Assembly (NCBI GenBank): GCA_023381695.1
Contig: JAMCQP010000083.1
Location: forward strand, 5,165 to 69,164
Direction of reading: 5' to 3'
DNA length: 64,000 nt
Source of the DNA: Bacillota bacterium
GTDB taxonomy: Bacteria > Bacillota > UBA5301 > JAMCQP01
Shown here: in pieces, positions 1-8,651 of the stretch
Position numbering within the stretch: the stretch's first letter is position 1
Layout of the letters: the number at the start of each line of letters is the position of its first letter
Notes under the pieces: model-generated
Told to the model about the DNA's origin: nothing
Seen by the model: only the letters and a program-made list of their open reading frames with translations
The model's database searches: none
Translations under genes and position numbers: made by a program

Positions 1-2715
1 CTTGCGGTACGCGTTGCCAGGCGGGAGCTGCCGTCTTTACTGAGGCAGCCCGGCGTGGCCGCAATCCATGCGGTTCACCTGGTGAAACCCGATAACGAGA
101 CCAGCGTGCCCTTTATCGGGGCGACTCAAGTCTGGCAGATCGTCAAAGGCGGTGTTCCCGTAACCGGGCGCGGCATCCGCGTGGCGGTCATCGACACCGG
201 CATCGACTATACGCACGCCGATTTTGGCGGCCCCGGCGTTGCCGAGGCGTATAAGAGCAACAATCCCAACCTGATCGAGCCGGGCACCTTCCCCACCGCC
301 AAGGTGGTGGACGGTTACGACTTTGTCGGCACCGATTATGACGCCAGTTCCGACGATCCGGCCAAACAGGTGCCGCATCCCGATCCGGATCCGCTCGATG
401 AGGGCGGACATGGCAGCCATGTGGCCGGAACCATCGCCGGTTTCGGGGTGAAGAACGCCGACGGTTCCTGGAGGATCGGTCCCGGTGTGGCTCCCGACAC
501 CCTGCTTTACGCCTACAAGGTCTTCGGCAGGGAAGGTTCCACCGATGTGGTGGCGGAGGCCATCGAACGGGCGATGGACCCCAATCAGGACGGGGATCTC
601 TCCGATCATGTGGACGTAATCAACATGTCGCTCGGATCAACGTTTGGCTCGCCGGATGATCCGTCGGCCGTGGCCACCCAGAAGGCGGTGCGGGCCGGCG
701 TGATTGTCGTGGCTTCCGCCGGCAACTCCGGCAATGTGCCGTACGTTACTGGCTCTCCCGCCGTGGCGCCGGGGGCGATCAGCGTCGCCTCCTCGCTGGA
801 CAACGGGATCGTCTTCGGAGCGATCCGGGTAAACAGCCCCGCAAACCTTGTCGGGTTGATGCAGGCTGCCGAGGGTGCAATCAGCAAGCCGCTTGCCGTG
901 ACCGGGCCAATCACGGCCGATGTTGTCAACGTGGGAGGCACCGGCGCCACGCTGGCCAGCATTCCGGACACCGTGGCCGGCAAGATCGCGCTGATCGATC
1001 GCGGCGCGGTCACCTTTGCGACCAAGATATGGAACGCCCAGGCCAAAGGCGCCATCGCGGTCATTGTGGCCAACAACAATCCGGATCCGCCGATTGTGAT
1101 GGGTGGCAGTTCCACCGGCATAGACATCCCCGGCGTGATGATCAGCCAGGCGGATGGCGTGGCAATCAAGAATGCTCTGCTATTGGGGCCGGTAAACGTC
1201 ACTCTTGCGGCGGAGATCATTATTCCCCGCCCGGATCTGGCGGATACACTTTCCTCCTTTACTTCCCGCGGCCCCGGGCGCTTTGAAAGCAGATTCAAGC
1301 CCGAGATCGCCGCTCCCGGCCAGGACATTCGTTCCGTGGCGATGGGTAGCGGCTCCGGCGCGGTGCTCATGAGCGGTACCTCAATGGCGGCCCCGCATCT
1401 GTCGGGTGTTGCGGCACTAATGCGGCAACTTTATCCCGGCTGGTCCGTGGCAGAGATCAAGGCGCTCCTCATGAATACCGCCACCACCGCGCATCAACAG
1501 CCGAGCGGCGCTCCCTACCCGCTCAGCCTCCAGGGCGCGGGGCGGGTGCAGGTTGCCGTGGCGGCCAGGATACAGTCGGTCGCTCTGCCAGGAGCGCTGG
1601 CCTTTGGCTACCGGGCGATAACCAGGGACATCAGGACGGTGACCAGGAAGATCATCGTCCTGAACAAGTCCAACGCCAGCAAGACTTACAACATCTCCTG
1701 GAGCTTCTTGCAGCCGTCGGATTATAACAAGGGCGTGAACCTGGACATCCCGACCCAGGTGACGGTTCCCGCCCGCCGGAAGGGTGAGGTGGAGGTGCAA
1801 CTGACCATCACTCCGGCGGCGTTGCACGGTCCCAATCCGGGCAGTTCCTACGATAAGGGCCTCAACGAGTACGACGGTTACATCACCCTGGCCGAGGCCG
1901 CCGGCGACACGCTGCGCGTGCCCTTCCAGGTGCTCCCGGCGCCTGCTTCCGACGTTGAATTGGAAGCTGAACGCTTGATTTTCAGCGCGATCCGTCCCAC
2001 GCAGGCCCTGGAGTTGGAGAATGGCGCCGCCAATGCGGGTACGGCCTCCTTCTACAGCCTGGTGGGCTTCAGCCCACGCGACCCCGGGACTCCGGCCGAG
2101 AGCGATCTGCAGTACGCGGGTGTGCGGGCCGTGCCCGGCGCCAACAACGAGGTGCTTGAGTTTACCGCGAAGACTCACGGCGCCTGGTCGACGCTCCAGA
2201 CCAACGAGTTTGACTTCCTGGTGGATACCAACGGTGACGGAAAAGCCGATTACATCGTCTTCAACTACGACCTTGGCTTGCTGACCGGGCAGAGCAGTCC
2301 CAGCGGGCAGGTGGTGAGCGCGGTCTACAACCTTGCCACCAGAAAGATCAGGCTGGAATACTACCTTGGCAACGCCGGCGCCAGCTACAACACCTCGGTG
2401 GCCAGCCTTTACGCCGACGCGGCCGATCTGGGCCTGAGCGGAACCGGCTCGCTGAAGGTGTTGGCGGTGGACGCCTTCGGCCGCGAGAATACCGACGAAC
2501 TGGTTGGCAACGCGCCGGCCATTAACCTTGCCAATCCAGCGATTACCGTGGCGGATCCCGACCTGGTGGTCCCGGCTTATGGAAAAGCCGGAACCAGCGC
2601 CACCGTGAGTTCAACGGCCGGCCCGCTCTCCGACCTGCTGGTTACCTTCCCAGGCAACGGGGAAGCTGAAGAGCAGGCCCAGGCAGTCCATGTTCGGGCT
2701 GTCAACGGCGACTAG
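1..2715 (+). CDS. S8 family subtilisin-like serine protease with PA domain (Vpr-like), 5' end outside window
   Basis: Catalytic motifs VIDTG, HGSHVAG and GTSMAAPH; PA domain (KIALIDRG...KIWNAQAKGAIAVIV). Frame is open from position 1 and reads like the tail of an I9 propeptide. Confidence 0.93.
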   Translation, partial: LAVRVARRELPSLLRQPGVAAIHAVHLVKPDNETSVPFIGATQVWQIVKGGVPVTGRGIRVAVIDTGIDYTHADFGGPGVAEAYKSNNPNLIEPGTFPTAKVVDGYDFVGTDYDASSDDPAKQVPHPDPDPLDEGGHGSHVAGTIAGFGVKNADGSWRIGPGVAPDTLLYAYKVFGREGSTDVVAEAIERAMDPNQDGDLSDHVDVINMSLGSTFGSPDDPSAVATQKAVRAGVIVVASAGNSGNVPYVTGSPAVAPGAISVASSLDNGIVFGAIRVNSPANLVGLMQAAEGAISKPLAVTGPITADVVNVGGTGATLASIPDTVAGKIALIDRGAVTFATKIWNAQAKGAIAVIVANNNPDPPIVMGGSSTGIDIPGVMISQADGVAIKNALLLGPVNVTLAAEIIIPRPDLADTLSSFTSRGPGRFESRFKPEIAAPGQDIRSVAMGSGSGAVLMSGTSMAAPHLSGVAALMRQLYPGWSVAEIKALLMNTATTAHQQPSGAPYPLSLQGAGRVQVAVAARIQSVALPGALAFGYRAITRDIRTVTRKIIVLNKSNASKTYNISWSFLQPSDYNKGVNLDIPTQVTVPARRKGEVEVQLTITPAALHGPNPGSSYDKGLNEYDGYITLAEAAGDTLRVPFQVLPAPASDVELEAERLIFSAIRPTQALELENGAANAGTASFYSLVGFSPRDPGTPAESDLQYAGVRAVPGANNEVLEFTAKTHGAWSTLQTNEFDFLVDTNGDGKADYIVFNYDLGLLTGQSSPSGQVVSAVYNLATRKIRLEYYLGNAGASYNTSVASLYADAADLGLSGTGSLKVLAVDAFGRENTDELVGNAPAINLANPAITVADPDLVVPAYGKAGTSATVSSTAGPLSDLLVTFPGNGEAEEQAQAVHVRAVNGD

Positions 2716-2731
2716 ACACTGGTGATCAGCG

Positions 2732-2765
2732 CGGGGCGGTCTTTGTGCCGCCCCGTCGTGCTTTT
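2732..2765 (+). terminator. Probable intrinsic terminator
   Basis: Stem CGGGGCGG/CCGCCCCG just after the protease stop, followed by a short T run. Confidence 0.5.
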
Positions 2766-2810
2766 ATGGCCTGATGTAATCTCTTGGCGACAATTAAATG
2801 CAGGGGGACG

Positions 2811-4055
2811 ATGATGGGCGGGACGCACGAGACGTTGACGCATGGGATGGACGGGGGAGCGCGGCAACAGGCAAAACCGCCGCTGTGGACCAGAAATTTT
2901 GTTTTGATCAGCCTGGCGAACCTTCTGGTCTTTCTTGGTTTCCAGATGTTGATGCCCACCCTGCCGCTTTATGTGGCAAAGCTGGGAGGGCAGGCTTCGG
3001 CCATCGGGATCGTGGTCGGGGTCTTTACCATCTCGGCGGTTGCCATGCGGCCGCTGGTGGGGGTGGGGTTGGACAGGTGGGGCCGGATGGGTTTTCTCTT
3101 CCTCGGTCTGGGGGTGTTTATCCTTTCAGTTCTCTCCTACAATCTGGCCGGCGCCATTCCAGTGTTATTAGGGTTGCGGCTGGTACATGGCTTCGGCTGG
3201 GGGGCATACACCACCTCCTCCGGCACCATAGCGGCGGATGTGATTCCGGCGGCGCGGCGCGGAGAGGGAATGGGTTACTATGGACTCTCCGGCAACCTGG
3301 CGATGGCCGTGGCGCCAGTGTTAGGCCTGTTTATCGCCAACCGCTACGGGTTTGGCAGTTTGTTCTGGACCTCGGCCACGCTGGCGTTCCTGGCGATCTT
3401 CCTGGCCGCCGGGATCCGGCTTCAAGCAGCAAACAATACAGCCATCACAGTGGGCGCGGCGATTCCAGGTGGGGCGGGCGGCCAGGCGCCGCGCGGAAAA
3501 ACAGCCTTCTTCGAACGCAGCGCTCTTTTGCCGTCGCTGGTGGTCTTGCTGGTCACCATCACTTATGGCGGGGTGGTCACCTTTGTGACCCTGTTTGCGG
3601 CCCAGCGGGGGATCCGGAATGTCGGCGCGTTTTTCACGGTCTTTGCGGTGGTTCTGATGGCCACCCGGCCGTTTGCTGGCGTCCTGGCTGATAAAAGGGG
3701 GTTCCGGACGGTTCTGATCCCCGGCCTTTTGATGGTGGGGGCGGGAATGTTAACGCTGGGATTGGCCGGAAATCTGGCGGGCCTTTTTCTGGCGGCGGCC
3801 CTTTACGGCATCGGCTTTGGCGCCGTCCAGCCGACCTTGCAGGCCCTGACCGTGCAACTGGCGCCGCCTGCCAGGCGAGGGGTGGCCAATGCGACCTTCT
3901 TTTCCGCCTTTGACCTTGGGATCAGCCTGGGATCGATCTTTTTGGGCCTGGTCGCCCAGTGGATTGGTTATGGAGGCATGTACGCGGTTTCAGCGCTCTT
4001 TGCGCTATTGGGGCTGGCGATGTTTTCGTGGCTGGAGAAGGCTGAAAAGAGTTAA
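2811..4055 (+). CDS. MFS transporter
   Basis: About 12 hydrophobic segments; MFS motif A variants (GVGLDRWGR, GVLADKRG). ATG at 2811 follows a GGGGG RBS. Confidence 0.9.
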   Translation: MMGGTHETLTHGMDGGARQQAKPPLWTRNFVLISLANLLVFLGFQMLMPTLPLYVAKLGGQASAIGIVVGVFTISAVAMRPLVGVGLDRWGRMGFLFLGLGVFILSVLSYNLAGAIPVLLGLRLVHGFGWGAYTTSSGTIAADVIPAARRGEGMGYYGLSGNLAMAVAPVLGLFIANRYGFGSLFWTSATLAFLAIFLAAGIRLQAANNTAITVGAAIPGGAGGQAPRGKTAFFERSALLPSLVVLLVTITYGGVVTFVTLFAAQRGIRNVGAFFTVFAVVLMATRPFAGVLADKRGFRTVLIPGLLMVGAGMLTLGLAGNLAGLFLAAALYGIGFGAVQPTLQALTVQLAPPARRGVANATFFSAFDLGISLGSIFLGLVAQWIGYGGMYAVSALFALLGLAMFSWLEKAEKS

Positions 4056-4165
4056 TGAGGCGATTTTCAACGCTTGTCGATGGAAATACGGCCGAAAAAA
4101 CACTTGCCAGGACAAAGGAGGTCTTTGCATGGCTGAAATCCCTTTGGAACTCTTTAGTGTTGTAA
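4055..4165 (+). pseudogene. C-terminal remnant of a HEPN-domain toxin
   Basis: 36-codon frame MRRFSTLVDGNTAEKTLARTKEVFAWLKSL overlapping the MNT start; resembles the last helix of HEPN proteins that precede MNT genes. Confidence 0.55.
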
Positions 4166-4452
4166 AGAGTTATATTGACAAACTGCGCAAGGAAATACCC
4201 GTCGACAAGGCGTTGCTTTTCGGTTCATATGCCAAAGGGACATATCACAAGGATAGCGATGTTGATCTGGCTATATTTTCCGACTTCTTCAAGGGGAAGC
4301 GGAGAGTTGAAGCAACGAGTTTTCTACTTGCACGGGTTGCTGATTACAGGTATGATATTGAACCCATTGGTTACCCGTTTGAAGCGTACAAAAATTATCA
4401 AGATGACCCTTTTGTCAGGGAGATCGTGATAACAGGCATAGAAATTACTTAA
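4129..4452 (+). CDS. Minimal nucleotidyltransferase (MNT, MntA-like antitoxin)
   Basis: LFGSYAKG...DSDVDLAI motif; 107 aa; AAGGAGG RBS; visibly AT-richer than flanks. Confidence 0.88.
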   Translation: MAEIPLELFSVVKSYIDKLRKEIPVDKALLFGSYAKGTYHKDSDVDLAIFSDFFKGKRRVEATSFLLARVADYRYDIEPIGYPFEAYKNYQDDPFVREIVITGIEIT

Positions 4453-4468
4453 CGCTCCGACCTTTAAC

Positions 4469-4777
4469 TTAGACCTCGTCATACGGGATCCCGACCTCGT
4501 CCAGGTCGTCGGGCGGATTCCAAGTGAAGATGTCGTCTTCCTCCTCGGGGGCTTCCTGCTCCAGCCAGTGCTTCTCCTCTTTCGTGGCCTCGCGCAGCCC
4601 GTTATTGGCCACGTTGTGGACGAAATCGTCGGGCGACACCGGGTGTGGTCCCACCATGGAGTGGCCGTCCTTGACCAGCACCCCGGTTACCTGGACCGGG
4701 GCTTCGTATTCATCCAGCTCCAGATGGTAGACCCACACTCCCTCTCCAACATCCACGGAATAAAAACGCTCACTCAT
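4469..4777 (-). CDS. Small acidic hypothetical protein
   Basis: 102-aa ORF with GGAGG RBS; very Asp/Glu-rich C-terminus; no recognised family. Confidence 0.7.
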   Translation of the reverse strand: MSERFYSVDVGEGVWVYHLELDEYEAPVQVTGVLVKDGHSMVGPHPVSPDDFVHNVANNGLREATKEEKHWLEQEAPEEEDDIFTWNPPDDLDEVGIPYDEV

Positions 4778-4861
4778 GGCCTTATGCCTCCACTATCGCA
4801 TTGCCGCCGCAGTTATGGATTGGCGCTGATTGACACTGCCTGTGTACCGCGGGTGCGGTTA

Positions 4862-4891
4862 TAGTATGGTGATCTTTATCCGGGGATATGA
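4862..4891 (-). promoter_or_regulatory. sigmaG-like forespore promoter
   Basis: Minus strand TCATA-N18-CATACTA versus the B. subtilis sigmaG consensus GHATR-N18-CATxHTA (one mismatch). Confidence 0.4.
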
Positions 4892-4941
4892 CCTTCTTGA
4901 CCAGATGGACCGGATATGCTGGATCGCAACCTTTATTGCGG

Positions 4942-7900
4942 TCAGGGGGCCAGTTCCCTGAGCGGTGTTATCTCCTGGGCGATGATCTTGATCTCCTCCT
5001 CTTCCAGGCTGAGTTTGCCGGTGATCAGCATGCCGGCGTAGTCAAGACGGGTCGCGTATTGCTGGTAGGTCCTCGGAAAAAGGATCACCTCGAAGAGCCC
5101 CTCCATATCTTCCAGGAGGAGAAAGAGCATCTGTTCTTTCTTTTTTGTGGTCTGCCGCCGGGCGTTGATCACTATTCCGGCGATCTTCACCCGGCTGCCG
5201 TCCGGGAGGAGCTCCAGATCTTTGCTGGAGACCGCCCCAATCCGGTTGAACACGCCGCGGAAAGGCAGCAGAGGGTGGTCACCCAGGCTGATCCCCAGGA
5301 TCTCCCTCTCCCAGGCCTGGATCTGTGCGGGAAGGTATTCAGGGGCGGAGGTTTGATCCGCGGGCCGCCCGGCCTGGTTTTGGCCGGGAGAAGCGAGAGG
5401 TTGGGCCAAAGCCGTTGGTTCAAAGAGTTCCAGTTGCCCGGGAACTTTCTTGCGGCGCGGCAGGGTGGCCCGCAAGGCCCGATCCAACCCGCTCAGGAGT
5501 TCCCGGCGGCTTTCGCCGAGCGAGGCGAAGGCGCCCACCTTGATCAAGTTTTCCAGGGCGGGTCTCCGGATCGCCGTCCGGGGCACGGCGGCGCAGAAGT
5601 CCTCAAGGGACATGAACGGCCCGTGCTCAAGCCGGGTTTTCAGGATCTCCCGGACGGCTCCAGACCCCAGTTCCTTGACCAGAGAAAGGCCCACCCGGAT
5701 GGCGGGGCCGCCTGCGGCTTCTTCCGCTTCTGCCACGGTGAAGCGGGCCTGGCTCCTGTTGATATCCGGGGGGAGAAGTTGGACGCCGTGCCGCTTGGCC
5801 TCCTCAACGTACACGGACATCCCGTAATACCCCATCTGGGTGCTCAAAAGCGCCGCCAGGTAATGCGCCGGGTGGTGGGCCTTGAGAAACGCGGTCTGGT
5901 AGGAGACCGTTCCGTAGGCTGTGCTGTGAGCCTTGTTAAAGCTGTAGCCGGCAAAGTTGCCCAGCATCTCAAAGATCTGCTCCGCCACCGGGGCGGGAAT
6001 GCCGTTTTTAAGGGCGCCTGCCGCAAAGCGCCTGCGAAACTTCTCGCGCTCGCTCTCCGCCTGGCGCGAACCCAAAACCCGGCGCAGCAGATCCGCTTCC
6101 CCCAGGCTGAGCCCGCCGATCTGGTGGGCGATCCGCATCACCTGTTCCTGGTAGAGGATCACCCCGTAGGTGTCCGCCAATATGGGCTCCAGCGCCGGAT
6201 GCAGGCAGGTGGCCGGCTCCGCGCCGTGCCGCCTCCGGATGAAAGCGTCCAGAGCCCCGCTCTCCCGGGGGCCGGGCCGGTAAAGCGATAGGACGGCGAT
6301 GATGTCATCCAGGTTCTCCGGTTTCAGCCTTTTGAGGACATTGCGCATCCCGGCGCTCTCCAGCTGAAAACACCCCAGGGTGTCGGCCTTTTGCAGGAGG
6401 GCGAAGGCGGCCGGGTCATCGGGCGGGAAGTACGGGGCGGGCGTCTCCGCGTCAGGGGCGAGCGCCTCCTTGACAGGGGTGGGTGACTCCTGGACAGGGC
6501 TGGATGCCCCCCGGTCGGCCGGCTCGCCGATGGAATCGATGGTATCCTGGATAATCGTAAGGTTGCGCAGGCCCAGAAGGTCGATCTTCAGGAGGCCGAG
6601 AGCTTCCACGGCATCCATGTCGTACTGGGTGATCACCCCGCCCTTGGGCGCGCGCTGCAAGGGGACCACCTCGGTCAGCGGCTCCTGCGAGATGAGCACG
6701 CCCGCGGCGTGGATGGACATGTGGCGGGGCATGCCTTCCAGGGCCTGAGCCGCCGCCAGGAGGGTTTTGACCGGTTCTTCCAAAAGCGGGATCCCCTGGA
6801 ATTCTGGCGCTGTGGCCAGGGCCTGGGCGATTCCCCCGTTACCAAGCCGGTGCCCATAGGAAGGAAAACTTTTGGCGATCTTGTCGATCAACCCATAGGG
6901 AACCCGCAGAGCCTTCCCGACATCCCGGATGGCGGCTCTCGCGCCCAGGGTGCTGAAGGTGCCGATCATCGCCACGCGCTCTTCGCCGTACTTCCGGGTC
7001 ACGTAGGCCAGAACCTCGTCCCGCCGCCTCTGGCACAGGTCGATGTCGATATCCGGCATGTCCACCCGCTCGGGGTTGAGGAAGCGTTCGAAGAACAGGT
7101 TGTAACGCAGCGGATCCACGTCGGTGATTCCGAGGAGGTAGGAGACCAGGCTGCCTGCGGCCGATCCCCGCCCCGGCCCCACCGGGATATTATTCTCGCG
7201 GGCGTATTTGACGATATCCCAGACAATGAGGAAGTACCCCGGGAAACCCTTGTTGGTGATCACCTCCAGTTCGTGTTCCAGCCGGGCGGTGACCTTCGGC
7301 GTAACCCCGGCCGGGCCGTACCGGCGCGTGGCCCCGGCGTGGCAAAGCTCCCGGAGGAAGCTTTCCGGGGTGGAGCCCCCGGGAACGGAATAATGGGGCA
7401 GGCGGACCTTGCCCAGGCCAAGGTCCACGTTGCAGCGCCCGGCAATAACGGCGGTATTGGCCAGGGCTTGCGGGGCATAACCCAGGCTGTCGGCCATCTC
7501 CGCCGGAGATTTGAGGTAATACTCCTGGTTGGCGAAGCGCAGCGGGGTGGATTCGTCGATGCGTTTGAGAGTCTGGATGCAGACCGCCAGATCGTGGACC
7601 GGCGCGTCGCTCCGGGAGCAGTAATGCACGTCGTTGGTGGCCGCCAGCGGGATGCCGGACTCCGCGCCGAGGCTCACCAAGGCCGGGTTGATCCGGCGTT
7701 CCTCGAAGAGGCCGTGGTCTTGAAGTTCGAGGAAGAAGTTCTCCGGCCCAAAGATCCCGGCATATTCCCGGAGGGCCTGTTTGGCGGCCTCCGGCCGGCC
7801 GGAGAGGAGGTGCCGGGAGATCTCGCCGGAGAGGCAGCCGCTGAGAGCGATCAGCCCCCGGCTGTGTTCGGCCAGCAGTTCCTTGTCCACGCGCGGTTTG

Positions 7901-8304
7901 TAGTAGAAGCCTTCCAGAAAGCCTTTGCTGGCCAGTTTGAGCAGGTTGCGGTAACCCGTTTCGTCTTCGGCAAGCAGGGTGAGGTGGTGATACCGCAGAC
8001 CCGGTTCGGGATCAGGCTCGGATACGGATCGGGACCCCGGCCCGGCTCCGGCCTCAGTGCCGGGTCTAGCCCCGGGCCGCGTAGCACGCCCTTCCGGCGC
8101 CACGTAGACCTCGCAGCCGATGATGGGCTTGATGCCGTACTTTTTGGCGAGCCTGTAGAAGGGAACCACGCCGTGCATGACGCCGTGATCGGTGATGGCC
8201 AGCGCCGTCATCCCGAGTTCGGCCGTCCGCCGGAGGAGATCCTCCAGGCGGCAGATGCCGTCCAACAGGCTGTATTCGGTGTGTACGTGCAGATGCGTGA
8301 ACAT
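4942..8304 (-). CDS. dnaE: DNA polymerase III alpha subunit family (DnaE-type C-family polymerase), probably SOS-inducible
   Basis: PHP domain (HLHVHTEYSLLDG, TNDVHY), GRGSAAGS, PDIDID, KIDLLGL, FNKAH, clamp motif QLELF, OB fold. ATG at 8304 with AAGGAG RBS. Confidence 0.95.
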   Translation of the reverse strand: MFTHLHVHTEYSLLDGICRLEDLLRRTAELGMTALAITDHGVMHGVVPFYRLAKKYGIKPIIGCEVYVAPEGRATRPGARPGTEAGAGPGSRSVSEPDPEPGLRYHHLTLLAEDETGYRNLLKLASKGFLEGFYYKPRVDKELLAEHSRGLIALSGCLSGEISRHLLSGRPEAAKQALREYAGIFGPENFFLELQDHGLFEERRINPALVSLGAESGIPLAATNDVHYCSRSDAPVHDLAVCIQTLKRIDESTPLRFANQEYYLKSPAEMADSLGYAPQALANTAVIAGRCNVDLGLGKVRLPHYSVPGGSTPESFLRELCHAGATRRYGPAGVTPKVTARLEHELEVITNKGFPGYFLIVWDIVKYARENNIPVGPGRGSAAGSLVSYLLGITDVDPLRYNLFFERFLNPERVDMPDIDIDLCQRRRDEVLAYVTRKYGEERVAMIGTFSTLGARAAIRDVGKALRVPYGLIDKIAKSFPSYGHRLGNGGIAQALATAPEFQGIPLLEEPVKTLLAAAQALEGMPRHMSIHAAGVLISQEPLTEVVPLQRAPKGGVITQYDMDAVEALGLLKIDLLGLRNLTIIQDTIDSIGEPADRGASSPVQESPTPVKEALAPDAETPAPYFPPDDPAAFALLQKADTLGCFQLESAGMRNVLKRLKPENLDDIIAVLSLYRPGPRESGALDAFIRRRHGAEPATCLHPALEPILADTYGVILYQEQVMRIAHQIGGLSLGEADLLRRVLGSRQAESEREKFRRRFAAGALKNGIPAPVAEQIFEMLGNFAGYSFNKAHSTAYGTVSYQTAFLKAHHPAHYLAALLSTQMGYYGMSVYVEEAKRHGVQLLPPDINRSQARFTVAEAEEAAGGPAIRVGLSLVKELGSGAVREILKTRLEHGPFMSLEDFCAAVPRTAIRRPALENLIKVGAFASLGESRRELLSGLDRALRATLPRRKKVPGQLELFEPTALAQPLASPGQNQAGRPADQTSAPEYLPAQIQAWEREILGISLGDHPLLPFRGVFNRIGAVSSKDLELLPDGSRVKIAGIVINARRQTTKKKEQMLFLLLEDMEGLFEVILFPRTYQQYATRLDYAGMLITGKLSLEEEEIKIIAQEITPLRELAP

Positions 8305-8372
8305 GCTTGCTCCTTGTAGATTGCGGGCAAGGATCTCTTGATTACAGACCGGCGGCCAACGTCCCTCATTCA

Positions 8373-8405
8373 AGAACAATGGTTCTACATGGGAACAGGA
8401 GTTCC
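8373..8405. promoter_or_regulatory. Two tandem Gram-positive LexA (SOS/Cheo) boxes
   Basis: AGAAC-AATG-GTTCT (8373-8386) and GGAAC-AGGA-GTTCC (8392-8405), both GAAC-N4-GTTC, 70-100 bp upstream of the dnaE start. Confidence 0.8.
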
Positions 8406-8574
8406 TGCCGAATATCAATAAGCTTTCCTGGAAGAGAAGGAAGTAGGCGATCAAGCAGGTTGCCACGTCCGGGTGATCGATGGCCCATGGAAATTTTGGC
8501 CCACTAACGGTTCACCAACCGCAAGCTTTCGGGACAGGAGCGCGGAACCGGCCAAATCCAGACGATAGGGAGGT

Positions 8575-8603
8575 TTGACTGGTCCGACCAGCGGTTGTAA
8601 AAT
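8575..8603 (+). promoter_or_regulatory. sigmaA promoter of MATE gene with FadR/GntR-like operator in the spacer
   Basis: TTGACT-N17-TAAAAT; perfect palindrome CTGGTC-C-GACCAG at 8579-8591. Confidence 0.7.
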
Positions 8604-8651
8604 AAGAGATATGCCAGTCCAGGATCGGAAGGTTGCCAGCGGCGTGAAAAT

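Noticed and set aside
7990..8090. Possible intein or mobile insert in DnaE
   Set aside because: Only a ~30-aa Pro/Gly-rich loop insertion; no intein splice motifs.
4888..8319. Long + strand ORFs (467 and 536 aa) opposite dnaE, and similar antisense ORFs elsewhere (e.g. 46204-47721, 60103-61536)
   Set aside because: Typical antisense shadows in high-GC coding DNA; no motifs or RBS.
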